The translations under genes and the position numbers were made by a program. A stretch of 64,000 nt of DNA from Octopus sinensis (lineage: Eukaryota): assembly GCF_006345805.1 (NCBI RefSeq), contig NC_043025.1:5580001-5644000 (forward strand). Direction: 5' to 3'. Below, in pieces: positions 11,441 through 23,234 of this stretch. Numbering within the stretch: the stretch's first letter is position 1; each line of letters starts with the position of its first letter. Under the pieces are notes generated by a model. It had not been told where the DNA came from. It worked only from the letters and a program-made list of their open reading frames with translations, and did not search any database.

Positions 11441-12035
11441 GCGAGCTGGTAGAAATGTTAGCACGTCGGGCGAAACGCTTAGCGGTATTTCGTCTGTCTT
11501 TACGTTCTGAGTTCAAATTCCGCCGAGGTCGGTTTTGCCTTTCATCCTTTCGGGGTCGATAAATTAAGTACCAGTTACACATTGGGGTCGATGTAATCGA
11601 CTTAATCCATTTGTCTGTCCTTGTTTGTCCCCTCTGTGTTTAGCCCCTTGTGGGTAGTAAAGAAATAGGTATTTCGTCTATCTTTACATTCTGAGTTCAA
11701 ATTTCACCGAGGTCGACTTTACCTTTCATCCTTTTGGGGTTGATAAATTAAGTACCAGTTACGCATTGGGGTCGATGTAATCGACATAATCCGTTTGTCT
11801 GTCCTTGTTTGTCCCCCTCTGTGTTTAGCCCCTTGTGGGTAGTAAAGAAATAGGTATTTCATCTGCCGTTACATTCTGAGTTCAAATTTCACCGAGGTCG
11901 ACTTTGCCTTTCATCCTTTTGGGGTTGATAAATTAAGTACCAGTTGCGCACTGGAGTTGATGTAATCGACTTAATCCGTTTGTCTGTCCTTGTTTGTTCC
12001 CTCTGTGTTTAGCCCCTTGTGGGCAGTAAAGAAAT
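11441..12035 (+). mobile_element. SINE family B trimer with a single 17-bp TSD
   Basis: AGGTAATACGGATGCAG at 11425-11441 and 12036-12052. Junctions at 11662 and 11847. Confidence 0.9.
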
Positions 12036-12253
12036 AGGTAATACGGATGCAGTCGTTAATGACAGCCTTTCACAGCCGTCTCCAAATGTCCAGCCTTGTG
12101 AAGCTTGTGTCAGAAACTGTTATTGTTCAATGGTAGAATCGGTAGAGCAACAGACAAAACTGCTGTTGTGGTACTCTGTTGTGTTCCCTTTATATTCTGG
12201 GTCCTTAACTCCATCCGTTTCAGTCTTCTAATGTTGATTAAGTATTAGGGGTT

Positions 12254-12669
12254 TACTCTTTTACATGTTTCAGTTGTTTGACTGTGGTCATGCTGGAGCA
12301 CCGCCTTTAGTCGAGCAACTCAACCCTGGGACTTATTCTTTGTAATCCTAGTACTTATTCTATCAATCTCTTTCGCCGAACCGCTAAGTGACGGGGACGT
12401 AAACACACCAGCATCGGTTGTCAAGTGATGTTGGGGGAACAAACACAGAAACATACACACACGCACACATACATATATATATATATACATATATACATAT
12501 ATATACGGTGGGCTTCTTTCAGTTTCTGTCTACCAAATCCACTCACAAGGCTTTAGTCTGCCCGAGGCTATAGTAGAAGACACTTGCCCAAGGTGTCACG
12601 CAGTGGGACTGAACCCAGAACCATGTGGTTGGTAAGCAAGCTACTTACCACACAGCCACTCCTACGCCT
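12254..12669 (-). mobile_element. SINE family A full copy
   Basis: Reverse complement of the consensus. Confidence 0.85.
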
Positions 12670-12741
12670 ATTACTCATATTTCATGTATTACTTCTCAAA
12701 AAATACTTTTACTTTTGTGCCTCTGTGGGTAATTATTATTA

Positions 12742-12808
<67 letters not shown>

Positions 12809-12821
12809 CATTATTATTATT

Positions 12822-13544
12822 GAGAGAACAGTGGATGCCATCAAAGTGACACTGGGGTAAAATATACGAAGCCCAATATACCCATCATGACTACCCGTCT
12901 GATAAGGGTACACCAGGCACATGCATCACAATGTGCGCGACATGGTGATCTCATATCAAGATAAACAACACATGACCTTGCAGGAGGGGCCTAGTTAGAA
13001 TTTTCTTCTGGTCGAGTAGCCCATTCTGCTCAAAAGGTCCCTGAATAAGGGTTGTTTAAGGAAGTTGAACGAAACCCCCATGTTTCCAGAGGTGAATTAT
13101 TCAAACCCCAACGTTGACTTTTTGTCTGTCTTTATGTTCTGAGTTCAAATTCTGCTGCGGTCAACTTTGCCTTTCATCCTTCAGGGGTTGATAAATTAAG
13201 TACCAGTCAAGTACTGGGGGTCGATGTGATCAATTTACTCCCTCCCCACAAATTTCAAGCCCTGTACCTATAATAGAAAGCATCATTATTATTGTTATTG
13301 TTATTATTATTATTATTATTATTAGTGGTGGTGGTGGTCAGTTGGCTGAATTGTTAGCATGCTGGGCAAAATGCTTAGCAGCCTTTCATTAGTCTTCTTG
13401 TTCTGAGTTCAAATGCTGCCAGGGTTGATAAAATATCAGTTTAGAAATGGGGTCGATATAATCAACTTAGCCTGCCCCACATCATTGTTGACTTTCTGCC
13501 AAAATTTGAAATCATCATTGTCATCATCATCATCATTATTATGA

Positions 13545-13576
<32 letters not shown>

Positions 13577-14930
13577 GAGTGAGAGAGCAGTTCATGCCAT
13601 CAAAGTGACACTGGGGTACAAATATACAAAGCCCAGTATACCCATCATGACTACCCTGTCTGATAAGGATACACCAGGCACATGCATCACAACCATATGT
13701 GCGCGACATGGTGATCTCAAAAGGTCCCCCGAATAAGGGTTGTTTAAGGATGATGTTCCTTGAGTCAAATTATCCAAACCCCAAAGAATCCCTCTCAACA
13801 CATGGCTATGATGCTCCCCCACTACTTCAGCTCGTGATCAGAGATGCACATATCGTCAGCCACTAAGGGACATGCTCAACTGGTTAAGGTCAAACAACTG
13901 ACAAGCAAATCTGTGGTATTGATCAGAATATTTGCTGTAGCCCATCTTTTATACCAAGACAAAACAATGTACATGATAACACTTCCAATCAGTTAAGATC
14001 AGAAGCCACGAGAGCCACTGCCTGGTACTGCATCAGGACATATCATTATTATTATTATTATTATCATCATCAAAGGCAGTAACTGGTCAAAACCAGAACA
14101 AAGGACCAAAGTATTTTCAGTATTTAGTAACACCCCTTGACTATTTTTGTTCTGAGGTCAAATTCTATTAAGAACAAATTTACCTTTTTTGTCTCCCTCC
14201 AGGTTCAATGAAGCAAGTACCAGTAATGTACTGGTTTTGATTAAATTGACTTTTTTATTTTCCCATAAATTTGTGGCCTTGGGCCTCTTTTAGAAATCAT
14301 TATTAAAAAAAATAAAACAAAGAATTATTATTATTATTATTATTGAGTGAGAGAGCAGTGCATGCCATCAAAGTGACACTGGGGCACAAATATACAAAGC
14401 CCAATATACCCCATCATGGCTACCCCGTCTGATAAGGGTACACCAGGCACATGTATCACAACCACATATGCACAACATGATCTTGTATCAAGATAAGCAG
14501 TGCATGACCTTGCAAATGGGGCCCAGTTAGAACTTTCTTCAGGTTGAGTAGCCCATTCCACTCAAAAGGTCCCTGAATAAGGATTAAGGATGTTGAATGA
14601 ACCACCCATGTTTCCAAAGGTGAGTTATCCAAACCTCTAAGAATTCCTTTATTATTGAGTGAGCGAGCAGTGCATACCATCAAAGTGACACTGGGGTACC
14701 AATATATGAAGCCCAATATACCCATCATGACTACCCTGTCTGAAAAAGGTTCACTAGACACATGCATCACAACCGTGTGTACTCAACATGGTGATCTCAT
14801 ATCAAGATAAACAGCACATGACCTTGCAGGTGGGGCCCAGTTTGAATTTTCCTCAGGTCAAGTAGCCAATCCCACTCCAAAGGTCCCCGAATAAGGATGT
14901 TGAACAAAATACCCCTGTTTCCAGAGGTGA
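12822..14930 (-). mobile_element. Four further family D copies, all sharing the gagtgagagagcagtg end
   Basis: Same orientation; three are truncated at the opposite end. Confidence 0.85.
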
Positions 14931-17900
14931 CCAGATCTGTTACTATGCCATACTGCAAACAGACAGAAGGGAAAGGAGCCATGGTGGAGTTGCTGTATAC
15001 ATCCGAGATGACCTCACACCCCAGGTCTTAATGACATACTCAAATTCGGTATGTGACACTTTAATTGTATACATAAGACAACATAATATAGTCATATGAA
15101 ATACATATTGCCCACCTGATGCCCCAAATCACACAGGCAAGTTTGAAGATTGCTTCACAAGAATTAAAGAAATCCTCATGAATCTGGAACACCACGTGAC
15201 CATATTTCTTATGGGTGATTTCAACTTCCCCAACGTCAAATGGCCCGAAGGTCTCCTACTCTCAGGAATGAATCATTGCAAGCAAGTACAGGTGGAGTCC
15301 CTGCTCAACCTCACCAATGCCTTATTCATGGAGCAAGTTGTACGCAAACCAACTAGGGCGAATAACATTCTGGATCTCTGCTTCACGAACAATATAGACA
15401 TCATTCATGATGTGAAAGTGACACCGACATTAGTTTCGGATCACAACATAATAGACCAAAAGGGTACGGGCGTCGCTATATATATACTTATGTATATGTA
15501 AAAAAATACAAACTGGGACAAGAACGCAAAACATTTAGAAGACGATATAAAAAACACGGACAGGACATTCGAAGCCTTCAATCTTCAGTCAAGAACCAGA
15601 TCATCCTCGCAATTTTGGCTGATTAATCTTGAGATTGTTCCGATCTGGCTAGCCCCAAAGGAAAATCTAAGCCAAGCGCATTAGATTCCTTGGAAGAAAG
15701 CCTCGAATGTAGACAAAACAAGGACGGAAAACAGATGATGTTATATATCAGCCAAAATTGTGAGGATGATCCGGTTCTTGACTGAAGATTGAAGGCTTCG
15801 AATGTCCTGTCCGTGTTTTTTGTATCGTCTTCTAAATGTTTTGCGTTCTTGTCCCAGTTTGTATTTTTTTACATCTACATATATATATAGCGGCGCCTGT
15901 ACCCATTTGGTCTTATATGTAAGTACATATTTCTTTAAACTTGGTACGACTCTATAACACTGTCTCTCTCTCCCCCCTCTCCTACATTTCTCTGCCTTTC
16001 ACACTTTGCTCTCCACTTTGATCTGTCTCTTTCTCTCTTTTCTCCTCCTCCCTGTTCCCCTTTCCTCTCTCTTCTCCTCACACGTGACTAACTGACCGAT
16101 TGCCGGCCTTTTGTGCTTAGCAATCGTCACGGCAACACACATTTTTTATCTCCCTGCCCTAAGGCATTTTTCCAACACGCCAGTTCAAAGTTTGCTCGTC
16201 CTGTCGAAAGACGCCTGTGTGTAACGTCCTGTTTTTGTTATTATTATTATCATTATTGTTTTTACGTATTTTTGTATTCTTATTCGTGTAACATCGTCTG
16301 TTTTCCTGTCCTTGTTTTGTATACATTCGAGGCTTTCTTCCAAGGAATCTAATGCGCTTGGCTTAGATTTTCCTTTGGGGCTGGCCAGATCGGAGCAATC
16401 TCAAGATTAATCAGCCGAAATTGCGAGGATGATCCGGTTCTTGATTGAAGGCTTCGAATGTCCCGTCCGTGTTTTTTATATCGTCTTCTAAATGTTTTGT
16501 GTTCTTGTCCCAGTTTGTATTTTTTTACATACGACATAATAGAGCTGTCTATGTTTGGGCCAAAAGTAACCAGAGACATACAGCCTAAAGGAAGCACCTG
16601 AAATCTCTCCAATCTGAACTTCCACAAAGCAGATTGGAAATTGATCCAAAAAGAGATCCTCAGAGAGGACTGGCCGGAATGTCTCTGCACACCAGACATT
16701 GACATGAAGCTAGAATGTTTCATGTCTTCTGTGCAAGCCGTATGCCAGAAATATGTCCCAGAGCACAAGCCAAAACAAATAGGAGCAAGATTCCAAGAGA
16801 CATGAAGATCCTCATGAGACGACGGATGAAGGTTGCAAATCGACTCAACCAACATCCCAAAAGTAGCGAAACGTCCCGCCTAAAAACAACAATGATGGAG
16901 ATCGAAAAAAGGCTGCAAAAATCCTATGTGAGGGAGAAAGCAGACAAAGAAGCCTGGGTTATAAAAAAACATTAAATCAAACCCAAAGGCCTTCTTTCAT
17001 TACGCGAAAGAAACAGTCTCAGTACACTACAAGATAGGACCCCTCCTCCAAAAGGATGGCTCCCTCACAGACAGTCCAACTAAGATCAGTGAGATGCTGA
17101 ATGACCAGTTCAAAAGTATATTTACCACCCCGTTGGAACACAGACAAGTGAAAGAACCAGTGGACTTCTTTGCCGCCTCACCTATAACCAGTGAGGCGGT
17201 TACAATGGAATACATTGACATTAGCGAAGAAGATGTCCTACTAGCCATAGATGAAGTGGACACAAACTCAACTGCTGGTCCAGATGGTTTCCCAGCAATC
17301 CTCCTCAAAGCGCGTAAGCATGCCCTGGCCAACCCCCTCAAGATTCTCTTCCAGAGCTTTCTTACAAATGGCAAACTGCCAAGCAAGCTGAAGGAGGGAA
17401 TAATATACCCAATACATAAAGGGGGAAGTAGAGCAGGTGCCAAAAACTATAGGCCTATCTCTCTGACTTCACACATCAGCAAAGTCATGGAACGGATAGT
17501 CAGAAAGAAACTAATCGCATTCCTTGAGGAAAATAACTTGCTGAGTGATACCTAGCATGGTTTTTGACCAGGTAGGAGCTGCCTGACCCAGCTCTTACAA
17601 CATTATGACTGGGTGTTGAGGCAGTTACTCAACAAATCAAATGTGGACGTAATCTACCTTGATTTTGCAAAAGCTTTTGACAAGGTGGATCAAGGTATGA
17701 TATGCCACAAACTGCGTGACCTCGGCATAGCTGGAAAACTTGGAGTGTGGTTACATGACTTCCTGAAAGATAGGAGTCAGGCAGTAGTGGTTAATGGAGC
17801 CACCTCTATAAACACACAAATAGTGAGTGGTGTTCCACAGGGTACTGTCTTGGGACCACTGCTTTTTATAGTGGCCCTCTCAGATATGCCCTCAAATGCC

Positions 17901-18895
17901 CGGATAGCCACTCTGGTAAGCTATGCAGACGATACGAAAGTCTCGCAGAAAATACAGAACCCCAGCGATGTTGCACACCTGCAGCAGGAGTTGGACTCAA
18001 TCTACAGATGGGCTGAGAATAACAATATGCAGTTTAATGCTGAAAAATTCCAGGCCCTGCGCTACCAGCATAAAAAAAATGAATATTAAACTTACAGGAT
18101 ACACCGGTCCACAGGGAATTTCAATCCCAGAGCCTAAGTCTGTGAGGGACCTGGGTATCGACATGAGTGAGGATACCTCTTTCCAAGTGCACATTACCAG
18201 GATGGCGACAAAGTTCAGACGACTGGCTGGGTGGATCCCAAGAACATTCAGAACCAGAGATAAGGAAACCATGATGGTCTTCTGGTGGACATTCATCCTC
18301 AGCCGCCTGGATGACTGCTTACAGCTATGGTCACCCACCAGTGTGAAATTAACAGCGGACCTTGAAGCAATGCAGAGAAGATTCACAAAGAAGATCGTCT
18401 CTTTGCAACAGCTCAGCTACTGGGAAAGGTTGAAACAACTAAGACTCTACTCCCTGGAGAGAAGACGGGAGAGGTATGCAGTAATATATGTCTGGAAGAT
18501 CCTGGAAGGAATTGTGCCAAATTTTGACATTGTAAGCTACACCAATGCCAGAACGGGACGACACTGCATAGTGCCAAAGATCCCAGTAATGCCATCACGC
18601 TTCAGGACCAGCTTCTGCAACAGCCTGGGTTTCAAGGGCCCACAGCTTTTTAATATTCTCCCAAAGAGTCTGAGGAACTTGCACAAAGTAGATGTAGCGG
18701 TTTTTAAATCAAAGCTGGACATCTTCCTGTCAAGAGTCCCAGATGAACCTACCTCACGGCAAGAGGTGCAAATGAGAGTAGCAATATCAAACTTCTTTCT
18801 TCACCAAATGCCACATATTGGAGGAGGCTCTTCATAATAACAGTGTAGCACAAAACGGCGGTGCTCCAGCATGGCCACAGCTCTGAGCTGAAACA
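14930..18895 (+). mobile_element. 5'-truncated, disabled CR1-group LINE (APE endonuclease plus RT)
   Basis: MGDFNFP, ILDLCFTN, SDHNII, NYRPISLTS, DFAKAFDKV, GVPQGTVLGPLLF and YADD motifs. In-frame stops near 17553 and frameshifts. Interrupted at 15456-16533. Confidence 0.92.
15456..16533. mobile_element. Non-coding composite insertion with inverted segments (Penelope-like pLTR or MITE-like)
   Basis: Flanked by the direct repeat ACATAATAGA (15446-15455 and 16534-16543). 15494-15740 is the reverse complement of 16290-16530, and 15456-15630 is the reverse complement of 15740-15912. Confidence 0.75.
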
Positions 18896-18912
18896 GGAAG
18901 AAAAAAAAACAT

Positions 18913-18944
<32 letters not shown>

Positions 18945-19034
18945 ACACACATATATATACACACACACACACACACATATATATACACAACATACATATA
19001 TATATATACACAACATACATATATATATATATAT

Positions 19035-22000
19035 ATGACACTCTACTGCAGACTACCTCATTGGCGAACTCTACTGCAGACTACCTCATTGGCGAACGAC
19101 AGAGACCTTATCTTTGTGGCTGGTGACTTCAATGGTCACGTTGGACGACATGCTGGGGGCTTCCATGGTGTACATGGAGGCTATGGCTATGGCTCCCGCA
19201 ACGAGGAGGGAACCAGGCTGCTGGAGTTCTGCGATGCAAATAATCTTATGATTTGCAACACTAACTTCAGGAAACCTACCAGCCACCTAGTCACTTACCG
19301 ATCGGGCCAACATACCAGCCAAATTGACTACATCCTTACAAGGCAAAGGGAGAGATGGCTGCTTATAAATGCCAAAACCTTCCCAGGTGAAGAATGTACC
19401 CCACAACATAGACTGGTAGTTAGTGACTTTAGGATCAGGACTAGGAGGACAACCAGAAGACGACAAATATGGAGAAGAAGGATCTGGAAGCTTAAAGATC
19501 CTGCAAATGGACAGAGATTTAGGGACATATTACTTGAAGCCTCTGACGAAGTAGAAGGGGATAGAGCATCACAGGGGGTAGAAGACAGCTGGACGTTTCT
19601 AAGGGACAACCTGCTGAGAGCCACTGACCAGATCTGTGGCTGGTGCAAAGTCCCCTCTCGACCTAGAATAACGTGGTGGTGGAACAATATTGTAGACAGG
19701 GCTATTAGAGAAAAGAGACAGGCTTGGAAGGTCTGGAAAAAGGGGGGTAGCAGGGAATTGTATCAGACTGCCAAAAGAGAAGCTAGGAGACAGGTTTATT
19801 TAGCCAGAGGGGAAGCAGATAAGAAAAAATTTGCCAATGTTCTGCGCCGTGAGGACCAAAGACTGGAGGTGTTTCGTGTTGCAAGACAGTGTTTGAGAGA
19901 GAATCGTGATGTGGTAGGAGAGAAGTGTGTTCGCATGGAAGATGGTTCACTTGCGCTAAATGAGGATGCGAAGAGAGAGGTTTGGAGATGCCACTATGAA
20001 AGGTTGCTGAATGAAGAAAATGAATGGGATAAAGAGAGTCTGCCGAATGTTGACCCAACAGAGGGACCAGCTATCCGAGTTGATAGTTCTGTGGTAGCTA
20101 AGGCAATTAGAAGCATGAAGACAGGGAAAGCCCCAGGCCCATCAGGAATCACTGCAGAGATGCTCAAAATGTCTGGTAGTGTCGGCTATAGCCTAGTCAC
20201 CCATATAGTTAATCAGGTGATACACAAAGGGGTCATACCCAATGACTGGTGTAGCAGTATAATAGTCAACTGCTACAAAGGTAAAGGTGATGCCCTAGAT
20301 ACAAATAACTACAGAGGTATCAAGCTGTTGGACCAGGTGATGAAGGTTACGGAGAGGGTCATAGCCCAACTAATTAGAGAGAGAGTTAGTTTAGATGAGA
20401 TGCAGTTTGGGTTTGTGCCAGGGAAAAGTACTACTGATGCTATATTCCTGGTAAGGCAGCTACAGGAGAAATACCTAGCCAAAGATAAGCCCCTGTACCT
20501 GGCTTTTGTTGACATGGAGAAAGCCTTCGACAGGGTCCCCCGATCCCTTATCTGGTGGGCAATGAGAAAACTAGGGATAGATGAATGGTTAGTGAGAGCT
20601 GTGCGGGCCATGTATAGGGACGCCGCTAGTAGGGTGAGGGTTGGAAATGAGTACAGTGAAGAATTCCGGGTAGAGGTAGGGGTCCACCAAGGCTCAGTAC
20701 TCAGCCCCCTCCTATTTATCATAGTCCTCCAGGCAATAACGGAGGAATTCAAGACAGGATGCCCTTGGGAGCTCCTCTATGCTGATGACCTTGCTCTAAT
20801 TGCTGAGTCGCTATCAGAACTGGAGGAGAAGTTTCAGGTGTGGAAACAAGGATTAGAATCGAAGGGCCTCAGAGTCAATCTAGCTAAAACCAAAGTCGTA
20901 ATCAGTAGGAAGGTAGACAAATCACAAACACCTTCAGGTAGATGGCCCTGCTCGATCTGTAGAAAAGGTGTAGGTAGAAACTCTATAAGATGCACCAAGT
21001 GTAAGCTATGGACACATAAGAGATGCAGCAATGTCAAAGGAAGGCTAACTAGGAAGATGGTTTTTGTATGTGGCAGATGCTCAGGAACAATAAACACTGA
21101 AAATGCTCTGAGACCAACTTCCGTCACTTTCCAGGGAGAAAAACTAGAAATAGTTGATAGTTTCCGTTACCTAGGTGACCAAGTCAGCAGCGGGGGTGGG
21201 TGTGCTGAAAGTGTAACTGCTAGAGTAAGAATAGCTTGGGCAAAGTTCAGAGAGCTCTTACCTCTGCTGGTGACAAAAGGCCTCTCGCACAGAGTGAAAG
21301 GCAGACTGTATGATGCGTGTGTACGAACAGCCATGCTACATGGCAGTGAAACATGGGCCGTGACTGCTGAGGATATGCGTAAGCTCGCTAGAAATGAAGC
21401 CAGTATGCTCCGATGGATGTGTAATGCCGGTACTCACACTCGGCAGAGTGTAAGTACCTTGAGAGAAAAGCTGGACCTAAGAAGCATCAGTTGTGGTGTG
21501 CAAGAGACGTTTGCGCTGGTATGGTCATGTGGCGAGAATGGATGAAGATAGTTGTGTGAAAAAGTGCCACACCCTAGTGGTTGAGGGAACCTGTGGAAGA
21601 GGCAGACCCAGGAAAACCTGGGACGAGGTGGTGAAGCACGACCTTCGAACTTTAGGTCTCACTGAGGAAATGACTAGAGACCGAGACCTCTGGAAGTGTG
21701 CTGTGCGCGAGAAGACCGGCAGGACAAGTGAGTCCACAACCCGTGCCTTCTACATGGGATGGAGCCAGCCTACGTATGCATACCTTCCCTTCTTGGGACA
21801 CAAAACTCTACTTGTGAAGACGTGTTGAGGCAAGTGAGGATCAGAATCGAAATCGATCAATGGAAATTGCGGATGTGCTACCAGTGCCGGTGGCATGTCG
21901 AAACTCTGCTTGTGAAGACCCATTGAGGCAAGTGAGGATCAGAATCGAAATCGATCAATGGAAATCGATCAATGGAAATTGCAGATGTGTTACCAGTGCC

Positions 22001-22340
22001 GGTGGCATGTAAGAGAACTTTCCGTTTCGCGACCGTTGCCAGCACCGCCCCGTTTCGTGTCCGTTGCCAGCCTCGCCTGGCCCTCGTGCCGGTGGCACAT
22101 AAAAAGCACCATCCGTTCGTGGCCGTTTGCCAGCTCTGTCTGGCACCAGTGCGGGTGGCACGTAAAAAGCACCCACTACACTCACGGAGTGGTTGGCGTT
22201 AGGAAGGGCATCCAGCCGTAGAAACACTGCCAGATTTGACTGGGCCTGATGAAGCCTTCTGGCTTCAGACCCCAGTAGAACCGTCCAACCCATGCTAGCA
22301 TGGAAAACGGACGCTAAATGATGATGATGATGATGATGAT
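19035..22340 (+). mobile_element. RTE-clade LINE, 5'-truncated, near-intact ORF with one frameshift near 21500, modular 3' UTR and (GAT)n tail
   Basis: AGDFNGHVG, QIDYIL, NYRGIKLL, QFGFVPG, DMEKAFD, GVHQGSVLSP, LLYADD, a Cys-rich finger (CSIC...CTKC...HKRC...CGRC) and RLRWYGHV in the shifted frame. Confidence 0.95.
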
Positions 22341-22695
22341 ATATATATATATATACATACATACATACATATATGTATATATACATACATACATATATGT
22401 ATATATATATACATACATATATGTATGTATATATATACATACATATATGTATATATATATACATATATATATATACATACACACACATATATGTATATAT
22501 CTATATATATACACACACACACACACACATATATATTTACATATATATACATATACATATATGTATATATACACATATATATACATATATATATATACAC
22601 ATATATACATACATATATATATACATATATATATACTATATATATATATATATACATACATATATATATATATAATATACATATATATATATAAC

Positions 22696-22726
<31 letters not shown>

Positions 22727-23175
22727 CACATATATATATATATATATATTATATACATATATATATATATATATATATACAATATATACACACTATATAT
22801 ATACATATATATACATATATATATATAATACATATATATATACTATATATATATATATATATAATAATAAATATTAGGGAATAAATCCAAATTTACAGGG
22901 AAAAATCAAATGTATGTATATATATATATACATATATGTATGTATTATATATATATTTATTACTTTATATTAAAATTTTTTTATGTATTGATTAAGTCTT
23001 TCCTTGTTTGATTTGCAAAATAGTGGTTTTGTCTCTAATTAATATTATATATACATATATATATACATATATACATACATACATATATACATGCATACAT
23101 ATATACATACATACATATATATACATATATATATATATACATATTATATATACATATATACACATATATATATAT

Positions 23176-23224
<49 letters not shown>

Positions 23225-23230
23225 CACATA
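22340..23230. repeat. (TA)n/(CA)n compound microsatellite between two LINEs
   Basis: Visible array. Confidence 0.95.
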
Positions 23231-23234
23231 TATG

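Noticed and set aside
15781-15810. CTGAAGA...CGAATGTC as a hammerhead
   Set aside because: No stem I pairing, stem II cannot close, and the GAAA core is incomplete.
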